Origin: an uncultured Dehalococcoidales bacterium | Lineage (GTDB): Bacteria; Chloroflexota; Dehalococcoidia; GIF9; AB-539-J10 | DNA: 64,000 nucleotides | Assembly: GCA_964394145.1 (NCBI GenBank) | Contig: CAYMVL010000025.1 | Location: 96,493-160,492, forward strand | Direction: 5' to 3' | Part shown: piece after piece, positions 9,485 to 17,728 of the stretch | Layout of the letters: each line of letters starts with the position of its first letter | How positions within the stretch are numbered: position 1 is the stretch's first letter | Translations under genes and position numbers: made by a program | Notes under the pieces: model-generated | What the model saw: the letters and a program-made list of their open reading frames with translations, nothing else | Databases searched by the model: none | Told to the model about the DNA's origin: nothing

Positions 9485-11338
9485 ATGCCATCCGCAGCGA
9501 AGAAAGCAAGCGTCATCATACCGGCCTATAAAGAGGAAGAGGGCCTACCCGTCGTCCTGGAGAAGCTGTTCAATGTGCTGGACGACAGCTACGAGGTGAT
9601 TGTCGTTGACGACGGCTCGCCCGACGGAACGGCCGAAAGGGCCTCTGCCTTTCCCTGCAGGCTGATAAGGCACGAGCAAAACAGGGGCAAGGGCGAGGCG
9701 ATGAGGACGGGGGTGGGACAGGCTCAGAGCGAGAACATAATCTTTATCGATGCCGACGGCACTTACCCGGTAGAAGCCATCCCCGATATATCGGCACAGC
9801 TTCAGGATTTCGACATGGTAGTTGCCGCCCGGACAGGAGGGCGGCAGAATATTCCGCGCTTCAACCGCATAGGCAACTTCATCTTCACCAGGCTGCTGTG
9901 CTATGTCCACGGCTACAAGCTGACAGACCCTCTGAGCGGACTTTACGGCATTAAGAAGGCCCATTTTGAACGAATGCAGCTTTACTCCAGGGGCTTCACT
10001 GTAGAAACAGAGATAGCCATAAAGGCCAGCAGGATGAAACTCAAGCTGGCTGAGATACCCGTAGAATACGCGCCGCGGCTGGGCCAGCAGAAGCTCGGTG
10101 GCATAAGGCACGGTTGGCAGATACTGAAGACGATACTGGGAGAGAAAATCAGGCCCACCGCCCCCACAAGTTCCAGCCGGACCTTGAAGATAGCTATAGT
10201 AGGTTCACGGGGCATACCGGCGAAGTATGGAGGGGCAGAAACGCTGGCTGAGGAACTAGCCGTCAGGTTAACCGGGCAGGGATTTCAAGTCTATGTTACC
10301 TGCGAGTCCCGTAGCTTCCATAAGGATACCTGCGACGGAGTCGTCAGGATTCACTCTCCCTCCATTCAGGGAAAGACTCTCACGGTGCCCAGTGTGAACG
10401 ATATTGTCTCTACCCTCCATCTTCTCCTGAGATGCCGCAGGGTCGGGCTGATATATTACCTCGCCCCTGATTCGGCATTAGCGGCGCTTATTCCCAGGTT
10501 CCTCGGCAAGAAGGTAATCGTCAATACCGACGGAATCGAGTGGAAGCGCCTGACAATACGGCGGCCGTACTTTTCTCCAGCCTGGAAGCCCCTATCGTTG
10601 CTGGTCTCGCGCTATCTTAAATGGATGGAATGGCTGTCAGTGAAAGTGTCACACGCCGTAATCGCCGACTCAAAAGAAATCCAGAAGTACCTCAAGGAAA
10701 CTTACAGGGCTAAGAACGCGGTCTACATATCCTACGGCGCCAGGCAACTGCTGGATCGAGATATTACCGCTGAAAGGGAGCGTGAAGTCCTGGACAGTGT
10801 AGGTTTGTCCCCAGGGGAATACTACTTGACCGTCGGCAGGATAGTCGCCGAGAACAACATTCACAGGGAAATAGAAGGCTTCAAGAGGGCGCGATCGAGC
10901 AAGAACCTTGTTATCGTGGGCAATTTCAACCCGAAAGACAGGTACACACGCTATCTGCTCGGACTGAGGGGCGATGACCCGGGGATAATGCTCCTGGACC
11001 CGATATACGACAAAGAGGTGCTGGGCATATTGAGAAAGAACTGCTATGCTTACATTCATGCCTACGAAGTGGGCGGCACCAACCCATCCCTGCTGGAGCA
11101 GATGCCGTTCGGGAAGCCCGTACTGGCCTATGATGTTCCGTTCCACAGGGAAGTGCTGCAGGACGGAGGGATATACTTTGCAGATGAGGATGGTCTGGCA
11201 AGATGTATTGCCATGCTGGAAGGCGGTGAGATAGATTTAGCTCAGACCAAAACATGCCAGGGCAGAAGAATAGAAGACGAGTATAACTGGGACCATGTCA
11301 CCCAGAAATACGCTTCGTTGTTCAAGGAGTTCTTATGA
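9485..11338 (+). CDS. bifunctional glycosyltransferase: N-terminal GT2 (dolichyl/polyprenyl-phosphate hexosyltransferase-like) fused to C-terminal GT4
   Basis: Residues 1-220: VIIPAYKEEEGLPVVLEKL...EVIVVDDGSPDGTAERA...IIFIDADGTYP, a DPM1-like GT2 with a DAD motif. Residues ~235-617: KIAIVGSRGIPAKYGGAETLAEELAVRL..., a GT4 (DUF1972-type N-terminus) with a C-terminal EX7E-like region. Confidence 0.8.
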   Translation: MPSAAKKASVIIPAYKEEEGLPVVLEKLFNVLDDSYEVIVVDDGSPDGTAERASAFPCRLIRHEQNRGKGEAMRTGVGQAQSENIIFIDADGTYPVEAIPDISAQLQDFDMVVAARTGGRQNIPRFNRIGNFIFTRLLCYVHGYKLTDPLSGLYGIKKAHFERMQLYSRGFTVETEIAIKASRMKLKLAEIPVEYAPRLGQQKLGGIRHGWQILKTILGEKIRPTAPTSSSRTLKIAIVGSRGIPAKYGGAETLAEELAVRLTGQGFQVYVTCESRSFHKDTCDGVVRIHSPSIQGKTLTVPSVNDIVSTLHLLLRCRRVGLIYYLAPDSALAALIPRFLGKKVIVNTDGIEWKRLTIRRPYFSPAWKPLSLLVSRYLKWMEWLSVKVSHAVIADSKEIQKYLKETYRAKNAVYISYGARQLLDRDITAEREREVLDSVGLSPGEYYLTVGRIVAENNIHREIEGFKRARSSKNLVIVGNFNPKDRYTRYLLGLRGDDPGIMLLDPIYDKEVLGILRKNCYAYIHAYEVGGTNPSLLEQMPFGKPVLAYDVPFHREVLQDGGIYFADEDGLARCIAMLEGGEIDLAQTKTCQGRRIEDEYNWDHVTQKYASLFKEFL

Positions 11339-11467
11339 CGACGCCGGTATTAAATTTGGCGCGAATGACCTTCTAAAGATACCTACCCGAAGAGTGCAAT
11401 AGTTTTGACCGATGGGACAGGCCTGACAGATATGTCTCCGCCGGCTCCCGTACACGTAACAAAGAGT

Positions 11468-12688
11468 ATGATGATGACGAGCTCTGAGCAGGCGAAACCA
11501 AAAATAGCCTTGGTGGTGCCCTTTGACTATTTGTCCCTCTACAGCGGGTCGGTACAGAGAGTCAAGGCTGATTTGGCCGCCCTGATGTACGGCGACTACA
11601 ATGTCGAGATGATATTGCCTGCACGTGTCAACGGGCCCGCAGATAACGGCCCTTCGGGGCTAACCACGATAACGTACCCCAACATCCAGCGACTTACGAT
11701 ACTACCGGAAAAAGTGAGGCTGCTCTTCGACATGTATACACAGATGCTTAACCCGTTCTTCCGTTCCACTCTGCGTAAACGCTACGGAGGTTATTCCATA
11801 ATCTTCGCTCATTTTCCCTGGAGCCTTGCCGCATCACACAGGGTGGTAAAAGGGAAGATACCACTCATATACGTGGCTCATGACTTTGAGTATGGCCTGA
11901 TAAGACAGGCTACGCATAACCCCTTAATTCGAAAGCTTACCTATCATGTTGAGAAATCCGCCTGCCACAGCGCAGCAAAGATACTCTGCGTCTCCGAACC
12001 GGATATGAAGGCCTTACAGACGGCCTATGAAGTCCCTGCGGAAAAGTTTGCCCTGCTTCCGAATACCGTGGATACCGATTATCTCGGTCAGACTCGCACC
12101 TTATATGACAGGGGTACTGAACGCCGGAAACTGGGGCTTGACCCCTCCTCTTTCCTCCTGCTCTTCCACGGACGGATGGACTACAGACCGAATCTACATG
12201 CCCTCAGTTTTATTCTAAACGAGCTTGTGCCTGCCCTGAAGGAATGTGGAGATAACCTGCGGCTAATAGTAGCCGGGGCTAGAATTCCACGGTGGAGCTT
12301 CGCTAACAGAGACGAAACCATCTCCTTCTATTCGGATGTCCCGGATATGCGGCGTTTTCTTGCTGTGGCTGACGCCGTCATCGTGCCCTTGAGCATGGGC
12401 GGGGGCACCCGCCTTAAGATACTCGAGTCCTTCGCTGCAAGAGTCCCGGTTATCTCAACAGCCAAAGGAGCTGAGGGCATCGACTGTGAGGATGGCCATC
12501 ATCTATTGATTGCGCGCAGCACAGCAGCAGACTTCGCCACTAAGATTAAGATACTGGCTGCAAGTGCAGACCTGCGGCAGCAACTAGCAGACAATGCCTA
12601 CGACCTGGTCTCAGACAAATATAGCATCCCGGTTGCCAGCAGATGCCTGCAGGACATAATTGCGCACGCCACAGCTCAGGAAATATGA
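11468..12688 (+). CDS. glycosyltransferase family 4
   Basis: GT4 (group 1) fold with a C-terminal sugar-donor-binding region (ILESFAARVPVISTAKGAEGI). The longest ORF starts with a TTG at 11405. ATGs at 11468-11476 give MMMTSSEQAKPKIALVVP, the typical GT4 N-terminus. Confidence 0.75.
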   Translation: MMMTSSEQAKPKIALVVPFDYLSLYSGSVQRVKADLAALMYGDYNVEMILPARVNGPADNGPSGLTTITYPNIQRLTILPEKVRLLFDMYTQMLNPFFRSTLRKRYGGYSIIFAHFPWSLAASHRVVKGKIPLIYVAHDFEYGLIRQATHNPLIRKLTYHVEKSACHSAAKILCVSEPDMKALQTAYEVPAEKFALLPNTVDTDYLGQTRTLYDRGTERRKLGLDPSSFLLLFHGRMDYRPNLHALSFILNELVPALKECGDNLRLIVAGARIPRWSFANRDETISFYSDVPDMRRFLAVADAVIVPLSMGGGTRLKILESFAARVPVISTAKGAEGIDCEDGHHLLIARSTAADFATKIKILAASADLRQQLADNAYDLVSDKYSIPVASRCLQDIIAHATAQEI

Positions 12689-12710
12689 GAAATTGAGAAA
12701 TAAATAATAG

Positions 12711-15026
12711 ATGACTGGACCTAACGACTGGGAAATCAAGAAATGCCTCCGCATGTCGGTGGCCTTTCTGCTGGCGACAGCTGCTCTGCTGTTGCTGGGC
12801 ATTTCAGGCTTCTATATCCCCGTCTTAACCCAGGTTGTCGGCTTCATCTTCCTGACATTTGTCCCCGGCATCCTTATCCTCAGAATCCTGAAAATTCACA
12901 ATGTCAATGCCATAGAAACCCTGGGCTATTCGGTGGGCTTGAGTATTGCCTTCGTCATGTTCACAGGCCTATTCGCCAACTTCGTCCTGCCCCTTATCGG
13001 CATATTGCAGCCGATTTCTGTCCTGCCGCTGATGGCAACTATAGCCATATTTACCGTGATACTCGGTGCTCTAGCCTATCGGCGGGACAGGGACTTCGCA
13101 CCCGCGAGCTCCGGAGTGCATTTCGACATACGGAACATTATGTCGCCTTACTACCTGCCCCTGTTCTTGCTGCCCGTCATTGCCATCGTGGGGGCCCATC
13201 TAGTTAACATCTATCAGAACAACAGCCTCCTGCTGTTCTTCATCATTGCTGTTGCCTGCGTGGTAGCGCTGGTTGCCTTCGACAAGCTGCCTCGCGGGGC
13301 ATATCCGCTGGCGGTAGCATTAATAGGGCTGAGCCTATTGCTGCACATCACCCTCATATCCACCCAGTTATCCGGCTACATCATCCATTTGGAGTACTAT
13401 TTTGAGAATCTTGTTGTCCAGAACGGATACTGGGATTTCACCATCCGAGAGCACTCTAATAGCGTTGTGAGTGTCGTCCTCTTATGGCCCACATACTCGC
13501 TGCTCCTTAACATGCACGCAATCTGGGTCGTCAAGATTATCTACCCGCTTATCTTCTGCCTCGTGCCTGTGCTCCTCTTTCATATCTTCCGCGGTCAGGT
13601 CGGCGATAAGAAAGCCTTCCTGGCAACCTTCTTCTTTATGTCAGTGCCGATATTCTTTACCATCGTGACCGAGTATGCACGCCAGCAAGTTGCCGAACTA
13701 TTTTTCGCCCTAATAATACTACTGATGATTGACCGAAGCCTGGCGTTAAACCAGAGGATAGCGCTGACAATCATATTTGTCATGTCTTTAATAGTATCCC
13801 ACTATGCCCTGGGCTATATCGTGCTGGCTTTTCTACTGGGCGCCTGGGCTGTAGTAGCCTTAATGAGGAGCGGTGCGGGCCGAAAGCTCTGGAGACCGCT
13901 GACCCGCAAAGGTGGCGCCTTGCCAGAAATCTTGACCTCGCAAAGCGCTTTCCCACATAAAATTATGGCGGTGATTATAGCGGTATATCTGCTTTTCGGA
14001 CTTGGTTGGTATGGAGGGATAGCTGGAGGCTCAGTGCTTAACACTATCAGACAAATTACGCACGAGCAGTACTCGCTGTTATCTGAGGAGTTGCCTGTGC
14101 TGGTAGAGTCAATCGAGCTCCCCGGACCAACAGAGCCAGCGCAACCAGCTCAACCAGCCAGCAAATTCTTCGACCCCTCAGAACGAGAAGCTCTGATTGC
14201 CACTGCCCTCGGCCTTGATTTCGCCTCAGCTTCGCCATGGGATAAAGCCTTCAGGATATTTCAATACCTAACCGAGCTCTTTATCGCGGTGGGCTTTTTT
14301 GTGCTGGTTCTGAGGCCGCGGCGGTTCAAGTTTAAGGCGGAGTATATGGGCTTCGTTATGGTAGCAGCTCTCATTCTGCTTGCGTGCATAGTAGTGCCTC
14401 GTGTTTCTCGCTATCTCGACATTACCAGGTTCTACCATGTCTGTCTGTTCTCTTTAGCACCGTTGTGTATTCTCGGCGCCGAGTGCATCTGGCAAAGAGC
14501 CCTCAGTCTCGCAAGACGCGTTACCAGCAGTCAGTCCCATCAGTTCAGATTGGTCGCCTTAGCCATACTCATACCCTATTTTATATTTACTTCCGGCTTC
14601 GTTTTTGAAGTGACGCAGAGCACCTTAGGGTCCTTCCGCACCTCACCTTATTCCCTAGCCTTAAGCAGTTATAGGATAGATATGCCGGTGTTTACGGAAC
14701 ACGAAAGCGAGGCAGTTGCATGGTTGGCTGAAAGAGCAGACTGTGATGTACAGGTGTACGCTGATGAATACGGCAGATTGCTACTTTACGACCGATTATT
14801 GAATCAAGTAGGCAAGATTCCAGCTTCCGGCGAAGTGCCTGATGAAGCGTACGTGTTTCTCAGGCGCTGGAATACGCAGAAGCGGCAGGTGCACATAGCG
14901 ACACGGCAAGGGCCCCGCTACCCACACAGCTACGTCGATATTGACGATATGCCAGCACTGCTTACCAATCGCAAGTTAGTCTACAATAACGGCGGGGCTC
15001 AAATATGGTCGCCGGTTAAGGAGTGA
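12711..15026 (+). CDS. large polytopic membrane protein (DUF2206-like, possible GT-C-fold glycosyltransferase) with a C-terminal soluble domain
   Basis: 771 aa with about 14 predicted TM helices, followed by a roughly 130 aa soluble C-terminal domain. Sits in a glycosyltransferase operon. A paralogous fragment of its C-terminal domain is found at 15521-15915. Confidence 0.55.
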   Translation: MTGPNDWEIKKCLRMSVAFLLATAALLLLGISGFYIPVLTQVVGFIFLTFVPGILILRILKIHNVNAIETLGYSVGLSIAFVMFTGLFANFVLPLIGILQPISVLPLMATIAIFTVILGALAYRRDRDFAPASSGVHFDIRNIMSPYYLPLFLLPVIAIVGAHLVNIYQNNSLLLFFIIAVACVVALVAFDKLPRGAYPLAVALIGLSLLLHITLISTQLSGYIIHLEYYFENLVVQNGYWDFTIREHSNSVVSVVLLWPTYSLLLNMHAIWVVKIIYPLIFCLVPVLLFHIFRGQVGDKKAFLATFFFMSVPIFFTIVTEYARQQVAELFFALIILLMIDRSLALNQRIALTIIFVMSLIVSHYALGYIVLAFLLGAWAVVALMRSGAGRKLWRPLTRKGGALPEILTSQSAFPHKIMAVIIAVYLLFGLGWYGGIAGGSVLNTIRQITHEQYSLLSEELPVLVESIELPGPTEPAQPAQPASKFFDPSEREALIATALGLDFASASPWDKAFRIFQYLTELFIAVGFFVLVLRPRRFKFKAEYMGFVMVAALILLACIVVPRVSRYLDITRFYHVCLFSLAPLCILGAECIWQRALSLARRVTSSQSHQFRLVALAILIPYFIFTSGFVFEVTQSTLGSFRTSPYSLALSSYRIDMPVFTEHESEAVAWLAERADCDVQVYADEYGRLLLYDRLLNQVGKIPASGEVPDEAYVFLRRWNTQKRQVHIATRQGPRYPHSYVDIDDMPALLTNRKLVYNNGGAQIWSPVKE

Positions 15027-15129
15027 GTCTGTGCCCTATAGTGGAGCACGGACTCTGGAATTAAGCACCCCGTTCGCCACTCAGCGCTAGAAAGCAAAGA
15101 GCAACACCACGCCAATCAAGGCGGGCTAA

Positions 15130-15336
15130 GTGCTGTGCAGAATAGTAATCGAAAAATATGAAGATTTTGGCTATGTGGCACACTGCCCTACTAGTGCAGG
15201 CTGTCATTGTCAACGCAACACTACATATGAGGCAATCGAGCATATTCAAGACGCCATTAGAGGCTGTCTCTGCACTCCACATGAGGATCTGACCTCCGAT
15301 AGAGAAGAGCGAGCTTCAATTGACATAGCAGTCTAA
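15130..15336 (+). CDS. HicB-like (UPF0150 family) type II antitoxin-like small protein, apparently orphan
   Basis: IVIEKYEDFGYVAHCPTSAGCHCQRNTTYEAIEHIQDAI matches the HicB_lk_antitox pattern (Y.v.e..edGgYv...P.lpGC.s.G.T.eEAl.n...Ai). GTG start at 15130 immediately after an in-frame TAA. Confidence 0.6.
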   Translation: MLCRIVIEKYEDFGYVAHCPTSAGCHCQRNTTYEAIEHIQDAIRGCLCTPHEDLTSDREERASIDIAV

Positions 15337-15520
15337 TGGCAGAGTTGCGCGCCGTCTCGGGTAAGAAAGCGCCGGCCTTTGACAGGGATGCCGGAGAGCT
15401 GTAAGAAGAGCCAAGCACACGGATATTATCGGCTCTATGATGGATTGTGGGGAAAGACTATTTATGAAATTGTGGTAAGAATCGCGGAGTAAAAATTAAA
15501 GGGAAGGAGGTCTTACTACC

Positions 15521-15915
15521 ATGCCTAAGACGCAAGAGAATGGTACCGGAATTCTGCGCGCACTTGAAGATTACAAGGTGACAGGGGTTTGGGGAGGCGA
15601 GGGCAGGGTAGTAGTCATAACTGCAGTTAAGGACAAGCAGGCGAAATGCCACTATTGTGGTTCGGCAAGGCGAATCCTTTACGAGCAACTTTTCTGGCAG
15701 GTGGGTACACTGCCAGCTTCAGGAGACGTGCCCCGGGATGCCTATATCTTTTTCAGGACCTGGAATACAAAAAAGAAGAGCTTCTTGTAATGGCGCGTCA
15801 CGGAGCCCAGAGAGAATATGAGTACACTAAACTGAGTGAGATGCCAGCGATACTTGAAGGACGCCACCTAATCTATGACAACGGCGGTGCCCAAATATGG
15901 GCACCAAAGTCACGG
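15521..15915 (+). pseudogene. frameshifted paralog of the C-terminal soluble domain of the 12711-15026 membrane protein
   Basis: Strong RBS GGAAGGAGGT 8 nt before the ATG at 15521. The two frames (15521-15790 and ~15766-15915) together align to ...QVGKIPASGEVPDEAYVFLRRWNTQKRQV...DMPALLTNRKLVYNNGGAQIWSPVKE of the upstream gene. The frame switch falls at an A5 run (15769-15773). There is no in-frame stop before running antisense into the GT2 gene. Confidence 0.5.
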
Positions 15916-16878
15916 CTAATCCTTCCTATAAAATTTCGCACCAGCGTCGCAGTCAAGGAATCCATCCCTTACACCCCTCATAAAAGCAACAAGCCTCCCC
16001 ATGTCACGATAATAGAGCAGACAAGCCGCTGTGGTGAACCAGAACCGATACGCGAAGAAATAGAGGAGGAAGCTGCGATATTGACCTTTGCTGGCATGTT
16101 TCTTCATGAATTTGAAGTTGTTTCTCGTCATATAGTATGCATAATTAGGAGGCGTATCAATTTGATCTTTCCTTCGCAGTGTCTTATACCATGGCTTCAG
16201 CCTGGAGGGTTTCTTATGCCAGATGCTTGCTTTTGGAGCGTAGATAATTTTGTAGCCAGCTTCCCTGGCTCTGAAGCAGTAGTCTGTTTCATCCCAATAA
16301 CAGAAGTAGCTTGTGTCAAGGAATCCAATATGTTGAATAACCTGGCGCTTCACTAAGAAGCAAGAGCCTTGCACATAATTTACCTCGCTAACACAGTCAT
16401 ATTGCCCTCGGTCAACTTCTCCACTGCCTACATGAAAAGCCCTCCCCTTACGCATATCCACACGATACCACACAAGTTGGAGCCTGTCTGGAAAATCATA
16501 GAGGTAAGTCTTTGGTCCAACTATGCCGACTGACTTATCACTCTCCGCAAGCTTGACCATCTCGGTCAGGAAGTCAGGAGCGACGGTAACATCGTTATTC
16601 AGTACCAAGAAATAGTCTGCTGAAGGATCACTTAAGGCGTATCTTATGCCCATGTTATTACCGCCGGTGTAGCCATAATTCTTATCGTTTCGGATTAGAT
16701 GAATGTAATCACCAAAGTCCCCCTCCAGGATCTGCACATCACTCCCCTTAGAGCCATTGTCAACCACAACAACCTCATAGTTTGGATAGGTAATCTTCTT
16801 TAGCGATTCTAGGCACTCAACAGTATCGTCCAGTCCGTTCCAGTTGAGGATTATGATAGAGACTTCGGGATACTTCAT
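15916..16878 (-). CDS. glycosyltransferase family 2
   Basis: VSIIILNWNGLDDTVECLESL...EVVVVDNGS...LNNDV, a classic GT2 with a DxD. Its ATG overlaps the upstream methyltransferase stop as ATGA. Confidence 0.85.
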   Translation of the reverse strand: MKYPEVSIIILNWNGLDDTVECLESLKKITYPNYEVVVVDNGSKGSDVQILEGDFGDYIHLIRNDKNYGYTGGNNMGIRYALSDPSADYFLVLNNDVTVAPDFLTEMVKLAESDKSVGIVGPKTYLYDFPDRLQLVWYRVDMRKGRAFHVGSGEVDRGQYDCVSEVNYVQGSCFLVKRQVIQHIGFLDTSYFCYWDETDYCFRAREAGYKIIYAPKASIWHKKPSRLKPWYKTLRRKDQIDTPPNYAYYMTRNNFKFMKKHASKGQYRSFLLYFFAYRFWFTTAACLLYYRDMGRLVAFMRGVRDGFLDCDAGAKFYRKD

Positions 16879-17561
16879 TTCCCACCACTAATTTGTTTAA
16901 CTGCAAGCAATTGGAATGCCAGTTTTGGGTAGTAGTAGGTAACCTTTTGGCTCAAATCAGAGAGCCTGCCCCATAAAAAGTGGGGGGCGTATTTTGTCTG
17001 ACCCCTATATCCCCTCAGTTTTTTCCAGCCGTTCATTCCATGGACTTCGAACCCTAGCTTCTGTAATTCTTTAGCGGTCCAGCCAGATTTATGCTCTTGT
17101 AATGGATTGTTGTCGTAACCATCCTGCCAGAGGTATCCATTTGGCGTTGTAATTATAACCTTCTTCCCAGCCCATGTTTGCATTTTATTGATTAGCCTAT
17201 ACCCTTCCTCTTTCGTTAAGTGTTCCAACAACTCAATAGCTATAACGACGTCAACGGATTTGGGCCTAAGCTGCATTCCTCTAGCATCCGCCTTAATGTA
17301 TTGATCATGAATACCCTTCCTTTTGCTTTCCTGCAGGTAAGGCTCGAATAGTTCAACCCCAACTGAAAAAGCAACATCACAATGTTGGATTGGAGAATCG
17401 CAACCACAGCCCAAATCTAAAACTGCATCGCAGTTCGAAAGTTCCCTTTTCAAATATTCAATCAAGCTAGGAAATAACCTTCTATAAAAAGGCTTCAAAG
17501 TCTTGATTAGCGAACGTCTCTTCTGTTTTGCTACGATGTCAAAGGATTGCGGACCTTTCAA
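16875..17561 (-). CDS. class I SAM-dependent methyltransferase
   Basis: Motif I VLDLGCGCDSP and a methyltransferase-type-11-like fold. TTG start with no clear SD, so the start is uncertain. Confidence 0.75.
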   Translation of the reverse strand: MKGPQSFDIVAKQKRRSLIKTLKPFYRRLFPSLIEYLKRELSNCDAVLDLGCGCDSPIQHCDVAFSVGVELFEPYLQESKRKGIHDQYIKADARGMQLRPKSVDVVIAIELLEHLTKEEGYRLINKMQTWAGKKVIITTPNGYLWQDGYDNNPLQEHKSGWTAKELQKLGFEVHGMNGWKKLRGYRGQTKYAPHFLWGRLSDLSQKVTYYYPKLAFQLLAVKQISGGK

Positions 17562-17728
17562 AACTTACAGCACAGTTTTTGCAGTGGATTCCCGGAATAG
17601 GCCGTTCTCTTGTGTGAATTAGTAAACACGGGTAATATTGCGCGGCCTCTCCGGATAGTATATTATTCAATCTGCTTTAAGTGCAAGATGCTTCATATTA
17701 AATATTCTATATCAATTGGATGACTTGA

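Noticed and set aside
9253-9519. 88-aa minus-strand ORF
   Set aside because: Overlaps tRNA-Arg and the 5' end of the GT2-GT4 gene. No RBS or similarity.
12743-13207. 154-aa ORF in an alternative frame inside the membrane-protein gene
   Set aside because: Out-of-frame overlap with a long, hydrophobic, well-supported ORF. Pro/Arg-rich composition typical of GC-skewed off-frame artefacts.
15646-16356. 236-aa plus-strand ORF
   Set aside because: Only its first ~90 codons (to 15915) carry similarity, as the second frame of the frameshifted paralog. The remainder is antisense to the GT2 gene 15916-16878.
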